Below are positions 8,777-17,763 of a stretch of 58,814 nucleotides of DNA, piece by piece. Below the pieces are notes generated by a model that saw only the letters and a program-made list of their open reading frames with translations, was not told the DNA's origin and did not search any database. The first letter of the stretch is position 1. Every line of letters starts with the position of its first letter. Source of the stretch: a virus (Duplodnaviria > Caudoviricetes); the IMG/VR virus record IMGVR_UViG_3300044679_000035, positions 1 to 58,814 of that record; one strand, 5' to 3'. The position numbers and the translations under genes are program-made.

Positions 8777-9220
8777 ATGGCCACCCTCCAGGAGATTGAA
8801 ATTTTAGATCGCCTCAAGAGCAGCCTCCGCGAAGCCGCCGATCAAGCGGACCGTCTGGCGAAAGGCGAGCGCGGGCGTTTGTATCCGCAGTTCCGCGAGA
8901 ACATGAAACTGATCTGGGGCTGCTGTCGTCAGATGACGCAGTGGCGCTTCGATTCGCGCTGGGGCGTCTTCGGCAACAAGGTCAAGGACTGTCAGGAACG
9001 CTGCCGGAGATGGCTGGTCGAAAAGCATGGGCCGGCGATGTACAAGAAACTTGCCGAACAGTTGCGATTCGCGCTGAAACAGGCAACCGACCTTGAGACG
9101 ATGCGAACCGGCAAACGTGGCGCCATCACGCCACGCATACTGACGCCGGACACCCGCACGCAGGGGCGGCAGATACTTGTCCCGCCAGGCTTCAAGGACA
9201 TCAGGGAGACCGTGCATTGA
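8777..9220 (+). CDS. hypothetical protein
   Basis: 147-aa ORF, tight packing. Confidence 0.65.
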   Translation: MATLQEIEILDRLKSSLREAADQADRLAKGERGRLYPQFRENMKLIWGCCRQMTQWRFDSRWGVFGNKVKDCQERCRRWLVEKHGPAMYKKLAEQLRFALKQATDLETMRTGKRGAITPRILTPDTRTQGRQILVPPGFKDIRETVH

Positions 9221-9792
9221 CGCTCGCAAAGGCATTTGCGCTTTTCCGGAGCAAGGTTTCGGCAGAAGCGAAGAATTCATCGGACGAGGAATGGGCGGAA
9301 GCTCTGGCGACGATTGCGGAATCCGCCCTGAACTCGCTGGAGCGCATCGCTGTCGCCTTGGTGAAGTTGCTCAGACAAATGAGCAGCCTCCCAAAATGGG
9401 TCAACAAGCCGATCTATCAGGCGCAGACCGTCCCGATCCTGCAAATCAATCTGGCCTCGATGTATGCGGCTTGCGGGATCGCGAATAGCATGGCTGCGTG
9501 TGCCATCGCGCGCGGGGTGCCGGAGAAGCCGCCGGCATGGGTGCGCTTCGACAGTTGGGCCGCGCTCTACGAAAATTCGACGCCCGACGAGTTCCAGGTG
9601 CTGCTCGGTGACATCCATCGCCGCTCCGTCGAATATGCCGAGGAGCAGCGGAAGCGCGCCAGGGCGCTGAAGAACTGCAGGCATCGCTGGTCGATCACGC
9701 ACGGCGTCGCGACGAAGGCTTGCATGGATTGCGGACGCGTCGAGCCGGTCGTGCCGGAACGAAAACTGGAACTTGCCCAGGATGCCGTGTGA
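9217..9792 (+). CDS. hypothetical protein with C-terminal CxH...CxxC motif
   Basis: TTGA overlap; CRHRW...CMDCG. Confidence 0.55.
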   Translation: MTLAKAFALFRSKVSAEAKNSSDEEWAEALATIAESALNSLERIAVALVKLLRQMSSLPKWVNKPIYQAQTVPILQINLASMYAACGIANSMAACAIARGVPEKPPAWVRFDSWAALYENSTPDEFQVLLGDIHRRSVEYAEEQRKRARALKNCRHRWSITHGVATKACMDCGRVEPVVPERKLELAQDAV

Positions 9793-10027
9793 GCAGGTCA
9801 GATTTGAGAATGGCGTATCCGCCATCATCTGCACGAAGCGGAAGCGCAAGAAGTGTGCGTTCTGCGAGCGATGGGCGACGCGGCTCTGCGCCTTTCCTCA
9901 TTCGTTGCGGAAAAGCGGGACATGCGACAAGCCGCTCTGCGATCGTCATGCGCGGTCGATTCTGGACGCCGATTACTGCCATGACCATCCGAAACTCCCG
10001 GTTCACCAACTGGCGCTTGCCCTGTGA
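9782..10027 (+). CDS. Cys/His-rich putative zinc-binding protein
   Basis: CAFC...LC...TCDKPLCDRH...YCHDH. Confidence 0.6.
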   Translation: MPCEQVRFENGVSAIICTKRKRKKCAFCERWATRLCAFPHSLRKSGTCDKPLCDRHARSILDADYCHDHPKLPVHQLALAL

Positions 10028-10467
10028 TGCCTCCTGAGCCCTTCATCTCGCCGGCCAACGAATACGAGGACGCGCCCTCCGAGGACGAAATCGCGGCAAC
10101 GGCCGCACTCGACGACACGGAAGCCGCCGCATCCCCCGAGGACATGGCGCGGCGCAATCGGCGGATCAAGCTGCAGGTCGAGCGTGTCCAGCGGGCGTGG
10201 AAGGACATGATGGCGACGCCGCATGGCCGCGAGGCGGTCTGGGAACTTTTGAACGATTGCGGAATCACGCAGATGCGCATCGCGAAGAGCCCGTTCGGAT
10301 TTCCGGACACCAACGAGACATTTTTCGAGGCCGGAAAGCATGCCGTCGGCGAGGCGCTTTCACAGAAGCTGCAAATCATCGACTATGAGTCTCACCGCGC
10401 GATGATGCTGGAACATCACCCGGCGTTCGCGCCGCCGAGGAAAACGAAGAGGGCAAAACCGCAATGA
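10024..10467 (+). CDS. Bbp19-like head-associated protein
   Basis: 'MMATPHGREAVWELLNDCG...TFFEAGKHAVG' pattern; lies immediately before scaffold. Confidence 0.7.
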   Translation: MMPPEPFISPANEYEDAPSEDEIAATAALDDTEAAASPEDMARRNRRIKLQVERVQRAWKDMMATPHGREAVWELLNDCGITQMRIAKSPFGFPDTNETFFEAGKHAVGEALSQKLQIIDYESHRAMMLEHHPAFAPPRKTKRAKPQ

Positions 10468-11324
10468 GCGAGCCACACGATCCCGCCGTAGAGGCCCAGC
10501 CGTCAGTTCCGGATGCCAGCGCCGCGCCGGCGGCCGCCGAATCGGTCACAGCGGCCCCGGAGACAGCCCAGCAGCCCGCACAGACCCCGGAACCGGCGCC
10601 CGAAGGTGCCAAACCGGAAGGCGAGAAGCCTGCCGAGCCGCGACCCCATTTCGACGAGCCGTCCCTGCTCGAATCCGGTAAGAAGCCGGACGAAAAGGCG
10701 GTCGAGAAGTCGGTCGATAAAAAGCCTGACGAAGCGGCAAAGCCCGACGGACAGCAGCGTGAGCAACCCCAGGCAGAGCCGTTCAAATTCGATGCCTACG
10801 TGCTGCCGGAGGGCTTCAAGGCCGATGACGCCTTGATCGGACGCTTCAACGAGACGCTGACAAAGGCGGACCTGAATCCGCAGGCCCGCGGACAGGAACT
10901 GCTCAACATGCACGCCGAGGCCATGACGCGCTATTCCGAGCAGGTCGCCGAGCAGCAGATGAAGCTTTTCTCCGATACCCGGCGCAGCTGGCGCGATCAG
11001 ATCAAGGCTGACCTCGAAATGGGCGGCCCGTCCTACAATTCTACGCTGAAAGATGCGGCGGAAATGCGCGACCTCTTCGTCTCTCCGGCTCATATGCAGG
11101 AATTTGACGAGTTCTGCCGCTTCACCGGCGCCGGGGATCATCCGGCCTTTACGCGGCTCATGCGTGCCATCGCGCGCCGCTTCAAAGAGCCGGGACCCAA
11201 GACGCCGGCCTTCACCCCCCCATCGGACATCGGCCAGAAGCCTGCCGGGCGCGCGGGGGCCAGACAGCAGACGCTTTACGAGCACCCACGGTCACAGGAA
11301 GCCCGCGACCAGCAGCGGAAATAG
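10464..11324 (+). CDS. capsid scaffolding protein
   Basis: Pro/Ala/Glu-rich N-terminus, 'YVLPEGF', 'TGAGDHPAFTRLMRAIA', C-terminal 'TLY'; between portal and MCP. Confidence 0.75.
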   Translation: MSEPHDPAVEAQPSVPDASAAPAAAESVTAAPETAQQPAQTPEPAPEGAKPEGEKPAEPRPHFDEPSLLESGKKPDEKAVEKSVDKKPDEAAKPDGQQREQPQAEPFKFDAYVLPEGFKADDALIGRFNETLTKADLNPQARGQELLNMHAEAMTRYSEQVAEQQMKLFSDTRRSWRDQIKADLEMGGPSYNSTLKDAAEMRDLFVSPAHMQEFDEFCRFTGAGDHPAFTRLMRAIARRFKEPGPKTPAFTPPSDIGQKPAGRAGARQQTLYEHPRSQEARDQQRK

Positions 11325-11361
11325 GCTTTACACGCGAAGGCCGCTTAGCTATTTTCCGAAT

Positions 11362-11433
11362 AGAGCGGTGGAGCAGTGGTAGCTCGTCAGCCTCATAAGC
11401 TGAAGGTCGCCGATTCGAATTCGGCCCGCTCCA
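11362..11433 (+). tRNA. tRNA-Met(CAU), initiator-like with atypical stems
   Basis: Cloverleaf: acceptor AGAGCGG/CCGCTCC (1:72 mismatch), D arm GAGC/GCTC, anticodon arm TCAGC-CTCATAA-GCTGA, T arm GCCGA-TTCGAAT-TCGGC; discriminator A, CCA not encoded. Confidence 0.88.
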
Positions 11434-11438
11434 ATTAC

Positions 11439-11464
11439 GGGCGATTATGTCTTTGACAAAGGTA
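11439..11464 (+). repeat. terminal inverted repeat
   Basis: GGGCGATTATGTCTTTGACAAAGGTA. Confidence 0.9.
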
Positions 11465-11470
11465 TCCGCA

Positions 11471-11656
11471 ATGGATAGAGATGGCGCCGACAGGCCGACG
11501 CTAGAAATCACTCCGTCGATGGCGGCGGCTGGCGCTGACGCCATCGACGGTGGCTTCGACATAGACGGGGAACAGAATTACCCTTCCCGGGCGGAATGGG
11601 CTTCCGACATATTCCGCGCCATGTGGGCCGCTAAGGCAAAAGACGGTCCCGCGTGA
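11471..11656 (+). CDS. small IS passenger protein
   Basis: 'LEITPSMAAAG...ASDIFRAM' ORF just inside the IR. Confidence 0.5.
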   Translation: MDRDGADRPTLEITPSMAAAGADAIDGGFDIDGEQNYPSRAEWASDIFRAMWAAKAKDGPA

Positions 11657-12224
11657 CGATCTTCCCGAGATGTTCGAGCGTTCCGGGCTTCTTAGGCTTC
11701 AGAATGTCAGACTTCAGGCAACTCGCGATGTAAAGGCACGTCTCGATGTAGCGAACACGCGGCTTTGCCAAGTCACGCCCGGCAGTCTCCATCAAAGTCA
11801 TCCAGTCTGCCATCTGGAGGAGCCCGCAAGCATTCTCGACGGCTTCTGTGGCAAAACCAACGTACCTCACAGAGTGAGCGAAGACATTCCGGATTTCTCG
11901 TATGCGGTTTAGGTCCGCGAGGGTCTTGGGTCCGAAGATTCCCAAGGCGTCCGCGAGCTTGATCCGGGCCGAAAAATCGGCAATCGGTCCATTGCAGTCA
12001 TAGCGGAAAAGCCTTGATCTTTCGTCCCCGGACAGAGGCCGCAAATGCGCCAATATTGAAACCTCAAGAGCCTTTTCGAGGAGTGATGCCCCGATCATTG
12101 CTATGGCATGGTCCGAAAAATCGTTATGCTCAGGCTCAAGGTGTCGGAGCGTAAGGCGGATAATCTCATCGCTTGGGATTTCGGCCGCTAGATCACGGAG
12201 GCGTTTTGATGTCGCAGAAGCCAT
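11631..12224 (-). CDS. MtlR-like / HEPN-superfamily protein
   Basis: 'SDHAIAMIGASLLEKAL', 'GPIADFSARIKLADALG', Rx4H motif 'RNVFAH'; start refined to ATG 12224. Confidence 0.7.
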   Translation of the reverse strand: MASATSKRLRDLAAEIPSDEIIRLTLRHLEPEHNDFSDHAIAMIGASLLEKALEVSILAHLRPLSGDERSRLFRYDCNGPIADFSARIKLADALGIFGPKTLADLNRIREIRNVFAHSVRYVGFATEAVENACGLLQMADWMTLMETAGRDLAKPRVRYIETCLYIASCLKSDILKPKKPGTLEHLGKIVTRDRLLP

Positions 12225-12379
12225 CAGAAACCTATTCCGACGCGGAAGCCACCCAGCGCATGAATGAGGCGGTCCGGCGCGCCCTGAACACCCCACACAA
12301 GCCCCATGCGCCCCTGAAGGCTAAGCCGAAACCAGAGCCGGCAAAAGCCGCCACGAAGCGGGCTCGCAAGCCAGCCTGA
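12209..12379 (+). CDS. small basic IS passenger protein
   Basis: GGAGG RBS; 'YSDAEATQRMNEAVRRALNTPHKPH'. Confidence 0.55.
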   Translation: MSQKPSETYSDAEATQRMNEAVRRALNTPHKPHAPLKAKPKPEPAKAATKRARKPA

Positions 12380-12415
12380 TTCGCGATAGCCTTACCCGAC
12401 CACCCGGGGGAGAAA

Positions 12416-12766
12416 ATGCGCGTTTCTATCGCCGCTGCCGCCGCCGCACTTCTGTTCGGGACGCCCGCTTGCGCGCAAGGCTGGACAGGCAATGATCTTT
12501 TGACCATGTGCCAAGACACGAACCCCCAAAACCCGACGATATCCAAGGGTATGTGTCTAGGCTACGTCACCGGCGCCTACGAAACGTATTCTGAAACGCT
12601 GCCTCAGATAGCCTGCACCGGAAACGGCGTGACTGGCCAACAGTTGATGGACATCGTCGTCAAATTTCTTCTGCTCAACCCAGAAAAGAGGAATAAGGGG
12701 GCCGCGCTGTTGGTGGGCGCCGCATTAGCCGATGCATTCCCATGCCAAAATTCGAAATTGCAGTAG
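12416..12766 (+). CDS. Rap1a/Tai-family immunity-like periplasmic protein
   Basis: Signal peptide, 'TGNDLLTMC...CLGYVTG...C...VTGQQL..IVVKFL..NPE.R...AA.LV.AAL..AFPC'. Confidence 0.8.
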   Translation: MRVSIAAAAAALLFGTPACAQGWTGNDLLTMCQDTNPQNPTISKGMCLGYVTGAYETYSETLPQIACTGNGVTGQQLMDIVVKFLLLNPEKRNKGAALLVGAALADAFPCQNSKLQ

Positions 12767-12884
12767 GCGAGCAACGGAAATAATGTAGAGTCGGAAACGG
12801 CGCAGGCTGGCACCTGCGCCGCCGAAAGTCGATCGCGAACCGCCAGGCCCGCGCGAATCGTATACGCGCGAGGCTTTCGAATGT

Positions 12885-13139
12885 CTAGTTCGCTGGACCG
12901 TCCCGAGTCCCAAAAAGAATCAGGTCTACCGCTAGCTGTAAATCCGTTATCAGTTCTTGTGCTTGCTCGACGGTCATGGCCACTTGTGCAATGTCTGGAG
13001 ATTTTTCAGGTCCATCCGGATTGTGTGCGAGTTCAAGGCGCAGACCAATTCCCGTCTGGTGCAATTGTGCGGTCTGATACTGGCGGAGTGGCGTAAGCCA
13101 TATGTTTCCTTGGCTATTTTTGTCCCAATCGTTGAGCAT
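12885..13139 (-). CDS. hypothetical protein (weak BssS-like pattern)
   Basis: AGGAG RBS; 'LTPL...GLRLEL...MTVEQAQELITDL'. Confidence 0.5.
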   Translation of the reverse strand: MLNDWDKNSQGNIWLTPLRQYQTAQLHQTGIGLRLELAHNPDGPEKSPDIAQVAMTVEQAQELITDLQLAVDLILFGTRDGPAN

Positions 13140-13272
13140 AAGAACTCCTTGGTCTTTGGCGATTCCAAGGATAGCTGGAAAGGGGAACCGGAGTCAGTCC
13201 GGCTCCCCGTCCAGTAGCGCCAAAATCAGGCGCAGTCGCTTCCGGCCTTCGCGGAAGCCGCGCGTCTCTTTT

Positions 13273-14196
13273 TCAATGAGGTTGCCGGTATGTCAGGCGC
13301 TTGCCGACTGCCCCTTTGACGGCGCGCTCTGTCCGCATCGTGTCATCGATCCCGAACCGGACGCGGTTGCTCATGCGGAAGTCGAATTCGGCCAGATAGC
13401 GCGGTAAATGCTGCGCCGACATGTGCTGGTAGGTGCCCACAAGCCCGCGCTTGAAGATCGAAAAATAGCCTTCCGCCGAATTCGTATAGACGCGCGTGCC
13501 GTCTTCCGCCGTCTTGGCGAATTCCTTGTAATGATCGACAACTTCATGCTTCGTGGCGATGAACGGCACGCGGTAGGCGTGGTAGCCATCCGTGTGCAGG
13601 AAACTGGCCGGGTCAAGATGCTCTTTCACGATCTTGCGGATTTCCGGCACGATGGACCCTTCCGCGCCGGTCAGACGGCGCGAGCGGACGCGCCCGCCAC
13701 GCTCGACCAGCGACACGAATTTCAGGTTCTTGGTCTTGCGCGGGCGCGACTTAGGCGACTTGCCAATTTCCGTCTCGTCCACTTCCACAATCGTTTCGGG
13801 ACCGCCAAGAGGTGCGGGATCGGCTGGCGTCATGGCAGCACGAATTCGGTGGGCCATGAACCACGCGGCCTTGTACGTGATACCAAGCGAGCGGTGCAGT
13901 TGGTGGGCCGAGATGCCTTTCTTGCTGCTGGCCATAAGCCGGAACGCCAGCGCCCATTTCGTAAGCGGGAGGTGGCTGCTTTCCATGACCGTGCCTGTCG
14001 TGACCGTGAACTGGCCTTCGCAAGCGTTGCAGTGGACAAGCCCGGGGCGGTGCGCTTTGCCGTTCAGCCGGTAAACCCGTTCCGTCTCGCCGCAATGCGG
14101 GCAGACCGGACCATTCGGCCAGTGCTGTTCCTCAAAATATGCGCGGGCCTTGGCTTCGTCGGTAAAGATCGGGTCGTTCAGCAAAATCGCGGTCAT
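13273..14196 (-). CDS. IS1595-family DDE transposase
   Basis: Zn ribbon CPHCG...CNAC, 'EVDET', 'LHTDG', 'TNSAEGYFSIFKR', 'HLPRYLAEFDFR'. Confidence 0.95.
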   Translation of the reverse strand: MTAILLNDPIFTDEAKARAYFEEQHWPNGPVCPHCGETERVYRLNGKAHRPGLVHCNACEGQFTVTTGTVMESSHLPLTKWALAFRLMASSKKGISAHQLHRSLGITYKAAWFMAHRIRAAMTPADPAPLGGPETIVEVDETEIGKSPKSRPRKTKNLKFVSLVERGGRVRSRRLTGAEGSIVPEIRKIVKEHLDPASFLHTDGYHAYRVPFIATKHEVVDHYKEFAKTAEDGTRVYTNSAEGYFSIFKRGLVGTYQHMSAQHLPRYLAEFDFRMSNRVRFGIDDTMRTERAVKGAVGKRLTYRQPH

Positions 14197-14239
14197 GGCG
14201 GCAACTCTCAATTTCTGCCGCTAATCTAGAGGTCGCGCG

Positions 14240-14265
14240 TACCTTTGTCAAGGATATAATCGCCC
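14240..14265 (-). repeat. terminal inverted repeat
   Basis: Reverse complement GGGCGATTATATCCTTGACAAAGGTA. Confidence 0.9.
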
Positions 14266-14290
14266 TCCAATTCCGCCATAGCGGCGAGCG

Positions 14291-14521
14291 CTACCGCGCC
14301 ACCCTGATCGTGCCGTTTTCGCGGTCCAGAACACGCACCGCCGACCTGTCGTTGCGGTGCGTCATCCAGTCGTCCAGTGCCCGCCGCAGCATGTCCGGGA
14401 AACTGATTCCCAATATCTTCGCCTCGGCGGTCAAGGCGTTCACGACTCGGCCCGTGAGGGCGACGGAAAGTTTGATTTTCTGCTCTCGTTCTTCGCTCAA
14501 GCGGTGCCCTGTGGGTGCCAA
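14291..14521 (-). CDS. ribbon-helix-helix (CopG-like) DNA-binding protein
   Basis: 'KLSVAL...VVNALTAEAKILGISFPDMLRRALDDW' RHH pattern. Confidence 0.55.
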   Translation of the reverse strand: MAPTGHRLSEEREQKIKLSVALTGRVVNALTAEAKILGISFPDMLRRALDDWMTHRNDRSAVRVLDRENGTIRVAR

Positions 14522-14658
14522 GAAGCGGCGGAATGTGGGTGAAATCGCACCCGTTTGGATGCCGAATCACTCCCAACGGCAACTTTCTATTGCAGAAAGG
14601 ATCGGTCCGGCAAGAGCTTGAGCCCGGCAGTCGAATTTTCCGGGTCAGGAGCTATAAC

Positions 14659-15705
14659 ATGGCAACCGGGCAGTGGCCAAACATCATGGACGTGGCCAAT
14701 CGGCTCGATCCGCACGGAAAAATAGATTACATCGCTGAGATGCTCTCGCAGTGCAACGATCTGCCGGACGATGTTCCGTGGATCGAGGCCAACGAGTTCG
14801 AGGGACATAGCTTCACCTTCCGGACATCGATTCCCGCTGGTTCGTGGCGCGGCGTCAACATGGGCGTCCCTTACAGCAAGTCCACGACCGCAAAGGCGCA
14901 TATCGGGCTGGCATCGCTGGAGGACTACAGCCAGATCGATCGTCGCCTTGCCGAGGCATCCGGGGACATCGATGGCTATCGGGAGACCGAGGACTCCGCC
15001 TTCCTCGAAGGCATGGGGCAGACTTGGTCGCAGACCATGTTCTACGGGAACACGGTCGCCAATCCTCTGCAATTCATGGGGCTTTCCGGCTTCTACAACA
15101 CGGTTTCGACGGCATCCGCCCAGAATGCCGCGAACGTCTTCGACGGCGGCGGCACAGGGTCTTCAAATGCGTCGCTCTGGCTGCCGTGCTGGGGCACCCG
15201 AACGATTTTCTGCGTCTATCCGCGCGGTTCCAAGGGCGGGCTCGCGATGGAGGACAAGGCCGATACGGTTCCGGGATTCGACAATCTCGGCAACCGCTTC
15301 GAGGCCTACACGAGCTGGTTCCGGCAGCAGGGCGGTCTCTGCCCGATGGACTGGCGAAATTGCGCCCGCATCGCGAACATCGATGTCACGGCCAACGGCC
15401 TCGCTGGCAGCAATGCGCTCGACATCTTCCAGGCCCTCGCGGAAATCATGTATTTCCCGCCGGCGCTGGGCAAGCGGCAAAGCGGAATTACGCGCACCGA
15501 CGCGCCCGAGGATTCAAACCCCGGCATCCGATCGGTCATCTACACCAACCGCACGGTACGGCACTGGGCGGACGTCCAGATGATCCGCAACCGCAACGTC
15601 TGGCTGCGCGTCGACGACTACGCCGGGCGCCCCTGCGACGGCTTCCGCGACACCCCGTGGAAAATCGTCGACCAGCTGCTCAACACGGAAGCGAGGGTTG
15701 TGTAA
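14659..15705 (+). CDS. major capsid protein (BPP-1/epsilon15-like)
   Basis: AGGAG RBS; 'IAEMLSQCNDL.DD.PWIEAN', 'AFLEGMGQ', 'F.GL', 'DWR..ARIANID', ends 'DQLLNTEARVV'. Confidence 0.9.
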   Translation: MATGQWPNIMDVANRLDPHGKIDYIAEMLSQCNDLPDDVPWIEANEFEGHSFTFRTSIPAGSWRGVNMGVPYSKSTTAKAHIGLASLEDYSQIDRRLAEASGDIDGYRETEDSAFLEGMGQTWSQTMFYGNTVANPLQFMGLSGFYNTVSTASAQNAANVFDGGGTGSSNASLWLPCWGTRTIFCVYPRGSKGGLAMEDKADTVPGFDNLGNRFEAYTSWFRQQGGLCPMDWRNCARIANIDVTANGLAGSNALDIFQALAEIMYFPPALGKRQSGITRTDAPEDSNPGIRSVIYTNRTVRHWADVQMIRNRNVWLRVDDYAGRPCDGFRDTPWKIVDQLLNTEARVV

Positions 15706-16262
15706 TGCTCTATGACAGCCAATTCGCTTTCGTTCCCTACGGCGCTCCGCTGTCCTGCGTGGGGGCCGGGGGCGCCAGCTTCGCCTCGACCGTCATCGAC
15801 CTTCTGGGCGAGGGTGTCGGTGTGGCGCCCGAAAGCATTATCGGCTCGGAAACGGCGCTGTTCGGCACCGATCTGGGTAACGCGAGTTCCGGAATCGCGG
15901 TGCCGAAGCTGATGATGGCGACGGGCGCCGCCTTCGTGACGGCCAATGCCTGCACGCTGAGCGTCGCCTTTGAACTCGCCCCGGATACCGGCGCGGCAGG
16001 CAACTACCAGCCCGGCGCCTGGCAGGCCGTGCTTAACCAGGACAACCTCACCGCGGCTCAGCTTGCCGCGGGAACGGTCTTCGGCCGCTTCGACTGGCCG
16101 CCGGTATTCCCGGCCTCGTTGCGGCCGCGCTTCAGCCGCCTGCTGTTCACGACGCCGGCCGGTCTCAGCTTCACGGCGGGGACGGTGGCTTACGCTTTCG
16201 TCACCACGGCGCGCGACGATCAGGCCAACCGGCAGGCAGCCAGAAACTACACCGTGGCATGA
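15705..16262 (+). CDS. capsid cement/decoration protein (Bbp16-like)
   Basis: TAATG overlap with MCP; 'MLYDSQFAF...STVIDL...RF.RL....FTAGTV.A'. Confidence 0.7.
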   Translation: MLYDSQFAFVPYGAPLSCVGAGGASFASTVIDLLGEGVGVAPESIIGSETALFGTDLGNASSGIAVPKLMMATGAAFVTANACTLSVAFELAPDTGAAGNYQPGAWQAVLNQDNLTAAQLAAGTVFGRFDWPPVFPASLRPRFSRLLFTTPAGLSFTAGTVAYAFVTTARDDQANRQAARNYTVA

Positions 16263-17080
16263 TGGAAAACATGGAAAACACCGAGTCGGCCGACGTGACC
16301 AACGACGCACGGATGCCTGCGCCGAAGAAGCCTGCAAAGCGTGGCCGAGGCCGCCCCCGCAAGGTGATGACGCCGCGCGCCGAAGCCAAGGCCATCACGG
16401 AGACCCCGGAGTTCCGCAAGGCGCTTCAGGACGCCGTCTCCGAGGTCACGAGGGAGCTGGTCGAAAAGCTGGCGAATGCCCGCAGCGATGCCGGGACCGA
16501 CGCGGCACCATCCGCGGACGCCGCACTCATCAAGTCGCTGGCGACCACGCTGTTCGAGATGTCCGATCAGGGCACCAACCGGGCGCCGCGCGTCGACCCC
16601 GACGAACTGGCGGCACGTCAGGCAGCGCGCGCGAAAATGGAAGATGTCCTCATCCAGGCAGCCGCCGAAGGCCGCGTGGTAAGCTATCAGTTGACCCGCA
16701 CCGTTTTTCTCGACGAGCAGATCGTTGAGCCGACCCGCCGGGACCCCCAGAGCAAGGCGCTTTGCACGCAGGATGTCGATTGGATCGGCGTCCCCGACGA
16801 GTCGATGGTCCCGCTGAACGAAACCGCGCGCGAAGTCCACGCCCTTTTCATGCGGTCCATCGGCGGCAAGACCAAGGAAGCCAAGGTTCCTTTCAAGCAT
16901 GCCCGCGACAATCCGAGGCTGCGCATCCATGGGCAGGAGCAGTCGCAGCCGGTTCGCGATGTCGCCGCGCCGCTCGCCAGCGGTGGCTTGCGGGTCCACA
17001 ATCCCGGGGCTCAGGGGCAGATCAAAGACGTCCGCGTTTTGGGGACTCTCTCCGAGCCCGCGCGGCAACTGGCGGCGTAG
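16259..17080 (+). CDS. hypothetical protein
   Basis: 273-aa ORF, ATGA overlap; AT-hook-like 'RGRGRPRK'. Confidence 0.65.
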   Translation: MMENMENTESADVTNDARMPAPKKPAKRGRGRPRKVMTPRAEAKAITETPEFRKALQDAVSEVTRELVEKLANARSDAGTDAAPSADAALIKSLATTLFEMSDQGTNRAPRVDPDELAARQAARAKMEDVLIQAAAEGRVVSYQLTRTVFLDEQIVEPTRRDPQSKALCTQDVDWIGVPDESMVPLNETAREVHALFMRSIGGKTKEAKVPFKHARDNPRLRIHGQEQSQPVRDVAAPLASGGLRVHNPGAQGQIKDVRVLGTLSEPARQLAA

Positions 17081-17134
17081 GTCATGGGGCGCCGCGATTT
17101 CGCATGCGCGCGCCTGCTCGCGAGGGTCGCCTAA

Positions 17135-17755
17135 ATGGGAATCCCCGCTCCAAACGGCGGAACGCCCAACAGTCTGCCGGCAAATGACCAGGCAAACTCC
17201 GGGATCATCGGCAGATTCACAGGCGTCGGTCCGAGCCCAGCGTATGCTTTCTGGGGCGCCTTCAACGTGGCGCTCTGGGGTTCCGCGGTCACCACGCTTA
17301 CGACGGTCGCCGGGAGTCTCGCCGCCACGGTCGCTTCAGCAACAGGGCTTGCCGTCGGCGACGCGATCAACAGCAAGAATGTTCCGGCAGGCACCACAAT
17401 CGGCGTCCTCGCCGGGACCAATGTCACACTGGCGCTGCCGCCGGGGGCAACGGACGCTCAAATCCTTGGCGGCGCCGATGCCGCGGCCAGCTTCGGAAAC
17501 GTGCCATATGTCGGCTCGGTGCAACTGGAACGCAGCTTTGACGGCGGTTCCACATTCATCGTCTGCGGTGTCGGCGGTTCCGGTCAGCAGGCCATTTATG
17601 CCGGCGGGACGGCGGTGTCGATCGTGGTAACCGAGCCCGAGCGTGGAGTCCTTTACAGGCTGAACTGCACGGCCTACACGGCGGCGGTTCCAATCAATTA
17701 TCGGATGTCGGCGTCGGGCCAGGCCGCCATGGCCTGGGGCGTGCCGGGAGCATAG
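17135..17755 (+). CDS. putative virion structural protein
   Basis: Gly/Ala/Thr/Val-rich beta-type composition in the structural cluster. Confidence 0.6.
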   Translation: MGIPAPNGGTPNSLPANDQANSGIIGRFTGVGPSPAYAFWGAFNVALWGSAVTTLTTVAGSLAATVASATGLAVGDAINSKNVPAGTTIGVLAGTNVTLALPPGATDAQILGGADAAASFGNVPYVGSVQLERSFDGGSTFIVCGVGGSGQQAIYAGGTAVSIVVTEPERGVLYRLNCTAYTAAVPINYRMSASGQAAMAWGVPGA

Positions 17756-17763
17756 AGGGAAAC

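Larger units (their letters stand above)
11439..14265 (-). mobile_element. IS1595-family transposon with passenger genes
   Basis: 26-bp terminal inverted repeats (24/26 identical) enclosing an IS1595-type transposase; flanks TCCAATTAC / TCCAATTCC resemble a target duplication. Confidence 0.9.

Noticed and set aside
11362-11438. tRNA as a prophage attachment site
   Set aside because: It lies inside the head gene cluster, no integrase is present, and the only duplication is the short one at the IS ends
14844-15704. 472-aa ORF overlapping MCP suggesting a frameshifted capsid extension
   Set aside because: The upstream part is an off-frame shadow; the cement gene has its own TAATG-coupled start at 15705 and no slippery site was identified
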